A stretch of 34,680 nt of DNA from Candidatus Bipolaricaulia bacterium (GCA_042219045.1 JBDGQO010000031.1:1-34680); one strand, 5' to 3'; counted from the first letter of the stretch, positions 8,655 to 16,249 are shown. A program made the numbers and translations. The notes: a model not told the origin generated them from the sequence alone.

Positions 8655-9802
8655 TGGATCGTCACGCTCCCGCTCTGAACGGATGCCTCGATTGGCTGCC
8701 CATCGCTGTCGGCCAGCTCGTCGACCGACGGGGTCAGCGACGTCGACTGGCCCGATGATCCGACCGCCTCGAAGGTCATCTCGGCGATCTGGAGATCGCC
8801 CGACTTGGCGTTTTCGGGCTTGATCCCCTGAACCCGCACGGTGCCGGCCTCGTTGTCGATCTGGGGCTCGGGCAGGGCCGTTCCGTAGCTGACGCTCACG
8901 TCCGTCAGTTCGACGACGCTTGCGTCAAAGCTGATCGTGAGGTTGTAGGCCCCGAGCGGCGCTGACAGACCCGAGACGTCGAGCGTCACGGTCGCCGTCT
9001 CGCCCGCCGCGACCTCGGCGGAGCTGACGCCCACCGTCGCGGCTGCCGTCTCACCGTCGGACTCGTCAAGGGCCTCGCGGATCTCGGCGAACTCCTCGCG
9101 GATGACCTCGAGCGCGCTTATGGCGTCCTCGGCGGACTCCTCCTCGAGGGCCGTCTCCAGTCGCCCGATGATCTCAGTGATCTCGGCCAGCTCTTCCTCA
9201 GCGACGTCGCCGGCCGCGTTGACAAGCAGCTCGCGATTCGCCTCGATGAGCCCCTCGAGGCGCTCGGTGAGCGTAAACGCCTCCTCGAACTCCGCCTCTT
9301 CGATCTCCTCAATAATGGTCGCGAGCAGCTCGTCGATCCGGTCCAGGGCGGCCGTGGCGCTGTCCGCGGGGCCGACCGCGGCGCTGGCGATCTCCGCCAG
9401 TTCGCCCTGGATGGTGTCGATGACGGTCGTCGCTTGGTCGGTGTTGCCCGCGTTGAGGGCCTCGCGCAGTCGCGGCAGGAAGTCGTCGATCTCGGCCAGC
9501 TCGGCCTCGGCGACCTCGCCGGCGGACTCGATCAAGAGGCCGCGAACTTCGTTCAACACGCCCTCGAAGCGGTCGACGAGCTCCAACGCCTCGTTGAACT
9601 CGCCCTCCTCGGCCTCGGCGGCGACGTCGTCCATAAGGGCGGTGAGCAGCGTGATCGACGCTTGGGTCGGGGTGGTCGACTCGCCCTCTTGGGCGAGGGC
9701 CGTCGTCGGGCCGGCGCCGGAGAGCGTCAGGCCGAACAACAGGCCACCGACCAGAAGCGCCAAGCCGAACGTGCGGCGTAGGCGGGATAGCGGTTGCGAC
9801 AT
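8651..9802 (-). CDS. Secreted Glu/Asp-rich protein: two tandem helical repeats plus C-terminal cohesin domain
   Basis: ATG 9802 lies 8 nt from GAGGAGG; signal peptide ending ALA-Q; C-terminal AGETATVTLDV...LGAYNLTISFDASVVELTDV...GTVRVQG...IAEMTFEA...GSVTI is a typical cohesin (about 8654-9040). Confidence 0.82.
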   Translation of the reverse strand: MSQPLSRLRRTFGLALLVGGLLFGLTLSGAGPTTALAQEGESTTPTQASITLLTALMDDVAAEAEEGEFNEALELVDRFEGVLNEVRGLLIESAGEVAEAELAEIDDFLPRLREALNAGNTDQATTVIDTIQGELAEIASAAVGPADSATAALDRIDELLATIIEEIEEAEFEEAFTLTERLEGLIEANRELLVNAAGDVAEEELAEITEIIGRLETALEEESAEDAISALEVIREEFAEIREALDESDGETAAATVGVSSAEVAAGETATVTLDVSGLSAPLGAYNLTISFDASVVELTDVSVSYGTALPEPQIDNEAGTVRVQGIKPENAKSGDLQIAEMTFEAVGSSGQSTSLTPSVDELADSDGQPIEASVQSGSVTIQ

Positions 9803-9867
9803 GGTCACGTCCTCCTCGGAATTGGGGTTTTCCGAGCGGAACGGATGTTCGGCGTCATGTTGACGGC

Positions 9868-9896
9868 TTGACCTCCCTTGTCACCTGGCCTAAGAT
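9868..9896 (+). promoter_or_regulatory. Candidate sigma70 promoter firing antisense to the iron-operon leader
   Basis: TTGACC (9868-9873), 17 nt, TAAGAT (9891-9896). Confidence 0.45.
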
Positions 9897-9902
9897 CAAG
9901 TT

Positions 9903-9975
9903 AAGCACCAACTGGGAGGCTCAGCTCGAGCGCCGAACGCCGGAACCGTTCCCTCGGGCTGGGCCTTCTGACTTA
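9903..9975 (+). ncRNA. Candidate small hairpin/antisense RNA
   Basis: 16-bp stem 9915-9930 / 9953-9968 pairs fully only on the + strand (3 G-U pairs); inner GAACG/CGTTC stem; directly follows the candidate promoter. Confidence 0.35.
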
Positions 9976-9985
9976 TCTCAGGAAA

Positions 9986-10014
9986 ATCCTACTCAATCGG
10001 TCCGGTTTCGTCAA
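9986..10014 (-). promoter_or_regulatory. sigma70 promoter of the cohesin/dockerin-FTR1 operon
   Basis: Minus strand TTGACG (10014-10009), 17 nt, TAGGAT (9991-9986). Confidence 0.65.
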
Positions 10015-10026
10015 GAACTTTTCACA

Positions 10027-10045
10027 AATAATAATCGTTCTCAAC
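10027..10045. promoter_or_regulatory. Fur-box-like operator
   Basis: aataataatcgttctcaac; core taataatcgttctca matches 11 of 14 informative positions of TGATAATnATTATCA; AT-rich island upstream of an iron permease operon. Confidence 0.65.
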
Positions 10046-10119
10046 TAGAAATCGGAGGATGTTCTAGCCAGGGGGGCTCTGCGGTGTGGTGCTTGCGTAT
10101 GGGTTAGGGGAGTTGCGCG

Positions 10120-10515
10120 TTACGATTGACAGTTGGGACAGATGCCGTAGAAGATCAGCTCGTGGCTGTGCACCTTGTAGCTGGTCGAGCGCTCCAGTTG
10201 GCGCTCCATCGTCCGCTGTACGGGCAGCTCGACGTCGTCGACCCGCTCGCAGCGCTCGCACATAAAGTGGTAATGGCGATGCGTCTGCGGGTCGAAGCGG
10301 TTGGGCCCATCGGGCGTGGAGATCTCCAGAATGAGACCCGCATCGGCGAGCAGCTTCAGGTTGCGATAGACCGTGGCGAGGCTGATGCTCGGCAGCTCCT
10401 GTTTCACGCGCTGGAAGATTTCGTCGGCGGTCGGATGGGAGGTATCTCCCTCCAACGCCTGGAAGATCGCCTTGCGCTGCTTCGTGATTCGGGGCATGGC
10501 TCGCTTTGCGTCCAT
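10120..10515 (-). CDS. Fur-family transcriptional regulator, PerR-like ligand set
   Basis: RITKQR, HPTADE, SLATVYRNL, RFD...HYH, CxxC (CERC) and C-terminal CPNC. ATG 10515 follows GAGGTGA. Confidence 0.92.
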   Translation of the reverse strand: MDAKRAMPRITKQRKAIFQALEGDTSHPTADEIFQRVKQELPSISLATVYRNLKLLADAGLILEISTPDGPNRFDPQTHRHYHFMCERCERVDDVELPVQRTMERQLERSTSYKVHSHELIFYGICPNCQS

Positions 10516-10615
10516 GGGCCTCACCTCAACGGGAGCCTACTGCATCGAGTTCCTGTTATCAATGACCTCAATCAGGTTGGTCCGCTCAAGGAGCTGGCCC
10601 GGTGGATTTCCGGCC

Positions 10616-11836
10616 TCAGACGTCCATCCACAAGACCGGATGGCCGTGTTCCAGGACGCGATCGCCAATGGGGACGCGTGCCAGCGCCTCACAACGACCC
10701 AGGTTGGCAATCATGTGCGAGGCCTGTTGCTCCAGCACCTCGAGCCAGGCTTCCCCGTGGGCGGCATACTGGACTCGACAACGCGCCCACCACTCGCGCT
10801 TGGGACTCAGCTGGACGGGCTCGGCCAGTTTGCCCATGCCGAAGCGCGGCCGGGGGGATGACTCCCCTTCCATCAAGTCGATCAGGCGACGCCCATGGGT
10901 CAACAGGCAGGCGAACGCCGAGCCGGGGTTGCCGGGCAGTCCCAGTAGAACCTTGCCGTCCATGACGGCGAAGACGAGCGGTTTACCCGGCTTTTGCTGC
11001 ACTTTCCAGAAGATCACGTCCATGCCGATCCCTTCAGCAGCCGGAATGACGACGTCGTAGTCGCCGACGGAGACGCCGCCGGTCGTGATCACCATATCGG
11101 CCCGCTCGAACGCTTCGGCGAGCGCCGCTTCGGTCTCCGCCAGCGTGTCCGGCAGCGTCTGCGCGCTGACGCTCGTCAAGCCCTGGGCGCGTAGCCAGCC
11201 CGCCATCAAGGGGGTGTTGGCATCGTAGACCTGACCCGGTTGGAGCGGCTGGCCCGGCTCGACGACCTCGTCGCCGGTGGTCATCACCGCGACGCGCGGC
11301 GCCCGATGGACGACGACGTCGGCCAGCCCGCTGTTGGCGAGCGCGGCGATGTGGCGGAACGTCAATCGCGTCCCGGTTTCGACGACCGGGTGACCCGCCT
11401 GGATCTCCTCACCGTGAAGCCGATAGTCCTGGCCGGATGGCAGCGGTTCGCAAACCAGCAATTGATCGTCGTCGACCTGGGCATCCTCCTGTCGCAGAAC
11501 GGCATTTGCGCCATGGGGCAGGTGGCCGCCCGTGAAGATGCGCATCGCCTCACCCGGCCCTATGGCCGGAACGTCCTCCAGTGAGCCAGCGGGCACTTCG
11601 CCAACCAGATGGAGCCTCGCTGGCCGTTGTTCGTTGGCATCGGCAACGTCCGCCGTGCGCAGCGCGTAGCCGTCCATGGCGCTTTGCGGGAACGGCGGCA
11701 GGTCCGTCCGCGACGTCACGTTCCGGCTCAGCACGCGCTCCTGCGCATCAGCAAGCGCGACGGTCTCCTCCGGCAACGGTCGAACGGCTTCCTCGTAGTG
11801 GGCAAATGCCTCGTCGATCGTGATCATCGTGTCCAT
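10616..11836 (-). CDS. moeA: Molybdopterin molybdotransferase MoeA
   Basis: PPFPQSAMDGYA, RIFTG, TGDE, TTGGVSVGDYD, KPGKP, GLPGNP. Start could be 11857, 11836 or 11827. Confidence 0.95.
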   Translation of the reverse strand: MDTMITIDEAFAHYEEAVRPLPEETVALADAQERVLSRNVTSRTDLPPFPQSAMDGYALRTADVADANEQRPARLHLVGEVPAGSLEDVPAIGPGEAMRIFTGGHLPHGANAVLRQEDAQVDDDQLLVCEPLPSGQDYRLHGEEIQAGHPVVETGTRLTFRHIAALANSGLADVVVHRAPRVAVMTTGDEVVEPGQPLQPGQVYDANTPLMAGWLRAQGLTSVSAQTLPDTLAETEAALAEAFERADMVITTGGVSVGDYDVVIPAAEGIGMDVIFWKVQQKPGKPLVFAVMDGKVLLGLPGNPGSAFACLLTHGRRLIDLMEGESSPRPRFGMGKLAEPVQLSPKREWWARCRVQYAAHGEAWLEVLEQQASHMIANLGRCEALARVPIGDRVLEHGHPVLWMDV

Positions 11837-11960
11837 GGTAGCTCGTTTCTCGTTCACGTTGAGCGCCTGTTGGCGAATCCCTCAACGGGTGGGTAGCAGG
11901 CTTGGGCCGGCAGCGGCGGAATAAACTCATTCGCATTTGCGCTGTTGACGCATCTCTCCA

Positions 11961-12884
11961 TCACTCATAACCCTGCATGTGGGCCAGCTTGCGCAACACG
12001 AAGAACACGTGCAAAAGCGCCGGGAAAAGCGCCTGGCAGCTCTCGGTGGCTCCGCCCGTGCTGCCCGGCAGCGTGACGACGAGCGTGTCGCCGATCATGC
12101 CGGCCACGCCGCGTGAGAGCATGGCGTAGGGCATACGCCGTTGGCCATAGGAGCGTGACGCCTCCATGATGCCGGGAATCTCCCGATCGAGCATGGGCTC
12201 GACGGTCTCGACGGTCAAGTCGGTGTGCGCCAACCCCGTGCCGCCGACGGTGAGGACGAGCCCGATACCTTCGTCGACGTAGCCGCGCAGCTTCGTCTGC
12301 AACTGCTCCGGATCGTCGGGAATGATCTCATAATCACTGTTCTCGACGCTCGGTTCGCCGTCGAGGACGTCCAGAACGGCCTTGCCCGCGCGGTCCTCCT
12401 TCTTCCCCGAAGCTACGCTGTCGGACAGCACCAAGACGGCCGACTGGACGGGCGGATCCAGCTCATCGCGGTAGTCGTTCTTCCCGCCCGACTTGTCGAC
12501 GAGCCGAGTCATTCGGATCTCGACCTCGGACGTGTGGGGTTTGAGCATGTCGTAGATCGTCAGTGCCGCGACGTTGGCGGCTGTCAGCGCCTCCATTTCG
12601 ACCCCTGTCGGGCCAATACAGGTCGTCGTTGCTTCGACACGGACGCCCTCGTCCTGAACGTCGTAGGAAATCTCGGCGTGGGTGATCGGCAGCGGATGGC
12701 AGAAGGGCAAGATGTCGTCGGCGTTCTTGGCGGCCATGATGCCGGCCACTCGCGCCACTTCCAATGCATCGCCCTTTTCGGTCGCTCCCCGTTGCAACAG
12801 ATCGACGCCGTCGGCTGAGGTCGCCACGAACGCCTCGGCCACGGCATGGCGCCGGGTCTCCGGCTTGTCGGTGACGTCCCTCAT
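11961..12884 (-). CDS. moaCB: Bifunctional MoaC / MoaB-MogA fusion
   Basis: N-half AGIMAAK...PFCHP...TGVEMEAL...IYDMLK...KSGG (MoaC); C-half LSD...EDRAG...GGTG...REIPG...LSRG...TLPGS (MoaB/MogA). Confidence 0.93.
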   Translation of the reverse strand: MRDVTDKPETRRHAVAEAFVATSADGVDLLQRGATEKGDALEVARVAGIMAAKNADDILPFCHPLPITHAEISYDVQDEGVRVEATTTCIGPTGVEMEALTAANVAALTIYDMLKPHTSEVEIRMTRLVDKSGGKNDYRDELDPPVQSAVLVLSDSVASGKKEDRAGKAVLDVLDGEPSVENSDYEIIPDDPEQLQTKLRGYVDEGIGLVLTVGGTGLAHTDLTVETVEPMLDREIPGIMEASRSYGQRRMPYAMLSRGVAGMIGDTLVVTLPGSTGGATESCQALFPALLHVFFVLRKLAHMQGYE

Positions 12885-13318
12885 GACGGGTGCTCCGTTC
12901 GCAGGGGCGTGCCGTCGAGGTAGCCACGGTCGCCGTCGGCGTAGTGCTCGCGCTTCCAGATCGGCGTGCGCGCCTTCAGCTCGTCGATGGCGTAGCGCGC
13001 AGCCTCGAACGCCTCGCCCCGATGGCCGGAGCGCACGACGACGTGGACGCTCGGCTCCCCCAACTCCAGCGTGCCGACGCGGTGCTGCAACAAACAGTGG
13101 TCGACGCCGAAGCGCTCGCAGACCTCCTCTTCAAGTTGCCGCAACGTCTGCTCAGCCAGTTGATGATGGGCCTCGTAGGCGAGCCGTTCGACGGGGCGGC
13201 CGTCGTTGGTGTTCCGCACGGTGCCGGTGAACGTGGCCAGCGCGCCGCAGGCGGGGTCGTCCGTGGCCGCGATCAGGCTCGTCAAGTCGAGCGGTTGATC
13301 CGTAATTCTTGGGATCAT
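12881..13318 (-). CDS. moaE: Molybdopterin synthase large subunit MoaE
   Basis: GALATFTGTVR, LAYEA, HRVG, HRGEAF, IDELK..PIWKRE. Confidence 0.95.
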   Translation of the reverse strand: MIPRITDQPLDLTSLIAATDDPACGALATFTGTVRNTNDGRPVERLAYEAHHQLAEQTLRQLEEEVCERFGVDHCLLQHRVGTLELGEPSVHVVVRSGHRGEAFEAARYAIDELKARTPIWKREHYADGDRGYLDGTPLRTEHPS

Positions 13319-13376
13319 GCGCGATCACACCCTATCTCGGCTCATTATCCAGACGGACCCGAGATGGCGCAACGGC

Positions 13377-14000
13377 TTATGAGCTGGCCCATTCTCGATC
13401 GGCATCCGTGTCGACGTCCAATTGGGTATGGCTCTCGGCCGAGTCCAGCTCGAGTCGGCACGTCTCGGCCCAATGCTCGCGGACGACCTCTCGGGCGCCA
13501 ACGTCGCCCCTCGTCTGTAACAGTTGCTGGAAATACCGACGTGGGATGGCTGTCGGATGGCCTTTGCGACCGTTCAGCGTCGGGAAACAGAGGCGATCCG
13601 TCCGTAATGCCGTCTCGGCCACGCGATCGATCAGTTCCGAGGGGATCAAGGGCATGTCACCGGGGACGATCACAACGCCAGACGCGGTCTCGGGCAGCGC
13701 GACGATGGCTGTCCGCAGCGTCGTGCTGAGGCCGTCTTCCCAACGCTCGTTGACCCGAATGGACAGATCCGTGAAATTCTTATGGGCTTTTAAGGCGGCT
13801 TGGACCCGGTCGGCCTCATGCCCAATCACGACCAAGACCGGCTGCACCAAACGAGCTTGACAACAGGCTTCGACGGAATATGTCAACAGTGGATGGCCAT
13901 TGAGGGGCATCAACAGCTTGTTGGCCTCGCCAAAGCGTCGGCTATCCCCGGCTGCTAGTATAACTGCGGGCAAACCTTGCTCAGTGATGAATCGGGGCAT
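13377..14000 (-). CDS. MocA-like molybdenum cofactor nucleotidyltransferase
   Basis: VILAAGDSRRFG..NKLL, GDMP, GHP, GDVGAR, DVDT; the LAAG.S.R/GHP/GD.G pattern and position next to xdhC favour MocA over MobA. Confidence 0.85.
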   Translation of the reverse strand: MPRFITEQGLPAVILAAGDSRRFGEANKLLMPLNGHPLLTYSVEACCQARLVQPVLVVIGHEADRVQAALKAHKNFTDLSIRVNERWEDGLSTTLRTAIVALPETASGVVIVPGDMPLIPSELIDRVAETALRTDRLCFPTLNGRKGHPTAIPRRYFQQLLQTRGDVGAREVVREHWAETCRLELDSAESHTQLDVDTDADREWASS

Positions 14001-15090
14001 CTTGCTCGCGGAGGAAGCCGGCCTCGCGGCCGCGATGGATTGCCATGATCTCGCTTATGATGCTGAGTGCGATCTCGTCGGGGGTTTCGGCGCCGACGTC
14101 GAGGCCGATCGGCCCATGGAGCTTGTCCAGCTCCTCGTCGGATAGCGGGCCGAGCGATGCCCGCACATCGGCGATCAACTCGTCCGTGCGCTCGCGCGGG
14201 CCCATCTGGCCGACGTAGCGGAGGCCGCTCGGCAGGATCCGCTTCAGGATCTCCAGGTCTCGATAGTAGTTGTGCGTCATGACGACGGCATAAGCGTGCT
14301 CATCCAAGGACAATCCACCTGGAATGGCCTCCGGATGGAGGGCCCGAAGCTCGTCGGCGTTCGGGAACCGCTGCCTCGAGACATAGCTTTCGCGAGGATC
14401 GACGACCGTGACGCGAAGGCCCACCTGGCTCGCCAGCTGCGCCAGCGGCATGGCGTCGAAGCCCGCCCCGAAGACGATCAACCGGGGCGGCGGCTCGATG
14501 GCCTCGGCGTAGACCCGAACGGTCCCTTCCGCCAGCTCCAACGTCCCCGTGGCCGTCGAGCCCTCCGCGAGCAGCGAGTTGAGGTTGGCCTCCCAGCCCG
14601 CTCCGAACACCTCGTCCTCGATGGGCGATCCACCGACGCGCAGAATTGGCCGCCCCACTGGCAGATGGGACACCTCGCTTTCGGCGACGAGCGCGAACTG
14701 GCACGGCATCTCCTGCTGCAGCGCGTCGTGCAGCTGTCGATAGGTCCGGGTGTTGCCGCCGTCGGGCGTCAAGGGCTCGATCAGGACGTCGATCGTCCCG
14801 CGACAGCCGAGGCCGGTGCCGGCAATCTTGTCCATCTCCTCGCGGGTGTCGAAGCTCAACAGCGTTGGGGCCTCGTTCGCAATCACGCCGCGGGCCGCGT
14901 TCCTCAGCTCGTCCTCAAGACAGCCGGCGCTGACGGTGCCGGTGGCGCTCGCCTCGGCGATCACCATGCGGGCGCCGGGGCGGCGGTAGGTGGATCCTGA
15001 GGTGGCGACCACGGTGGCGAGCGCGGCGGAATGGCCGCTCGTGCTCAAGGCTTCAATGCGCTCCAGCACGTCGAGCAACTCGCGCATCAC
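13981..15090 (-). CDS. xdhC: XdhC/CoxI-family Moco insertion chaperone
   Basis: LATVV..GSTYRRPGARM, GTVSAGCLE, GLGCRG, FGAGFDA, MTHNY, PIGLDVGAETPDEIALSI. True start is GTG 15090 or ATG 15087, not 15537. Confidence 0.92.
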   Translation of the reverse strand: MMRELLDVLERIEALSTSGHSAALATVVATSGSTYRRPGARMVIAEASATGTVSAGCLEDELRNAARGVIANEAPTLLSFDTREEMDKIAGTGLGCRGTIDVLIEPLTPDGGNTRTYRQLHDALQQEMPCQFALVAESEVSHLPVGRPILRVGGSPIEDEVFGAGWEANLNSLLAEGSTATGTLELAEGTVRVYAEAIEPPPRLIVFGAGFDAMPLAQLASQVGLRVTVVDPRESYVSRQRFPNADELRALHPEAIPGGLSLDEHAYAVVMTHNYYRDLEILKRILPSGLRYVGQMGPRERTDELIADVRASLGPLSDEELDKLHGPIGLDVGAETPDEIALSIISEIMAIHRGREAGFLREQDAPIHH

Positions 15091-15096
15091 GGATGC

Positions 15097-15105
15097 ATTG
15101 TAGCA
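15097..15105 (-). promoter_or_regulatory. Extended -10 (TGcTACAAT) directly before xdhC; probable leaderless transcript
   Basis: TACAAT at 15102-15097, 6 nt from GTG 15090; no Shine-Dalgarno. Confidence 0.5.
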
Positions 15106-15463
15106 CGCCGACAAGTCGCCGCTCAGCCTCGCGGTGGCAGAGATGACGCCAGCAGGGTTGACGCCAGGGCGCTTTCGCCCTAAGGTCATGGCGAACAGAA
15201 AGGGGCGATTCAAATGCGTGCCACATACGAGTACAGCCGCTCCGACGCCGCTTTCCAGCGTGAGGGCATGAGGATTTCTCCCCTTTGCAAACCCTGTTCC
15301 TTGACCTCCCTTATTATTGTCGGGTCGCGAGACCCGCTTAAACGATAAACCGCCGACTTCCGCCCGAGACGTCCGAGTCAAGCAACGCACCACGACGTGG
15401 GCCGCGACCGAGCAACGCGCTCGTCGTCGCCGGGTCTGCTGGCACCAAAGCAAAGGGGTTACC

Positions 15464-15703
15464 ATGCAAAACCAGACACCGGACGTGATTCCGCCGGAAC
15501 GTGACACGGATTCGAGGGAGGCTCGCTCGTCGAACATTCACCGCCGTTGGGACATGCGCCCGCTGGGATACTCCTCGCTGGCGCATCCGAACGTGGAGAT
15601 CGAGCTGATCGGCGAAGCTTCGGACGGAAAGACGCGCTTCGTTCGTCGTGGATGGGCGCGGTTGCGCGATCGGCTGCGCCGACGGCTGAACTCCCTCCTT
15701 TAG
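15464..15703 (+). CDS. Small hypothetical protein (79 aa) with Arg-rich C-terminus
   Basis: ATG 15464 preceded by AAAGGGG; fills the gap before the next promoter; no family recognised. Confidence 0.45.
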   Translation: MQNQTPDVIPPERDTDSREARSSNIHRRWDMRPLGYSSLAHPNVEIELIGEASDGKTRFVRRGWARLRDRLRRRLNSLL

Positions 15704-15712
15704 GGCTTGGGA

Positions 15713-15742
15713 TTGACGGGGTGAACGGCCCGTCGCTAGGAT
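15713..15742 (+). promoter_or_regulatory. sigma70 promoter, near-leaderless start
   Basis: TTGACG (15713-15718), 18 nt, TAGGAT (15737-15742), 9 nt before ATG 15752. Confidence 0.55.
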
Positions 15743-15751
15743 AGCCACGCT

Positions 15752-16228
15752 ATGAGTGCGCTCCTGCGCGGCAGCCAAGCCCAGTCGTTCGTCGAGTCGC
15801 TCATCCACGCGAAGACCCAGCTCCAGGGGCACCATATCTACCTGACGGTGGGGCACGTCGCGCGGCTGAGCGGCTCGGCGAGTTTCGACTTCGGCGGCAG
15901 CGAGTTCAGCGACTGCGCCAAGGAACTCCTCCAACCGCACAAGCCCGATCCGGACGACTACGGCTGGTGGACGCTCGAACCGGGCACCTACCTGATCGAG
16001 TTCAACGAGGACCTGGATCTGCCGAGCGGCCATGTCGCGGTGCTGCAGCCGTGGGGGCAGACCGCCGCCAACGGCCTAGCCCATCCGACGCGCGTGCTCA
16101 CCGGCCGGCACCGCACGATCTCGGTCCCCGTCACGGTTCGGGACGTGGAGATCCACATCAAGGAGAATGCCCGTCTTTCAGAGCTGCTGGTGCTGCAACT
16201 GGGCGACGGAGTCGCCCGTTCCCGTTGA
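15752..16228 (+). CDS. dCTP deaminase/dUTPase-fold protein of the type seen in halophiles
   Basis: IYLTV...FDFGGSE...DDYGWWTLEPGTYLIEFNE...IHIKENARLS pattern of the trimeric dUTPase-like fold. Confidence 0.7.
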   Translation: MSALLRGSQAQSFVESLIHAKTQLQGHHIYLTVGHVARLSGSASFDFGGSEFSDCAKELLQPHKPDPDDYGWWTLEPGTYLIEFNEDLDLPSGHVAVLQPWGQTAANGLAHPTRVLTGRHRTISVPVTVRDVEIHIKENARLSELLVLQLGDGVARSR

Positions 16229-16249
16229 CATTCCCAGGGAGGGATCGAC

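Noticed and set aside
5639..8678. Long + strand ORFs (5639-7024, 6931-8106, 7836-8678) and similar ones such as 24130-25473 and 26381-27448
   Set aside because: Antisense shadows of real genes in high-GC DNA, with no motifs or RBS.
6808..9802. True cellulosome for polysaccharide degradation
   Set aside because: No glycoside hydrolase, CBM or multi-cohesin scaffoldin; the context is iron transport.
9903..9975. SRP (4.5S) RNA or tRNA
   Set aside because: Lacks the CAGG...GGAA...AGCAG SRP core and any cloverleaf or T-loop.
15091..15300. Moco riboswitch upstream of xdhC (hairpin AGGGCG-AAAG-CGCCCT, CCTAAG)
   Set aside because: Only fragments match, and the -10 right before xdhC implies almost no leader.
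1437..15312. 11-mer TGACCTCCCTT at 1437-1447 (reverse), 9869-9879 and 15302-15312
   Set aside because: It is essentially an SD-like or -35-containing string; three short copies do not support a repeat family.
15285..15463. c-di-GMP-I or ZTP riboswitch (GCAAACC ... GGGGTTACC)
   Set aside because: Central conserved elements and spacing are missing.
15091..15537. N-terminal extension of XdhC in the ORF track
   Set aside because: Family similarity starts at MRELL; the extension crosses promoters and a divergent ORF.
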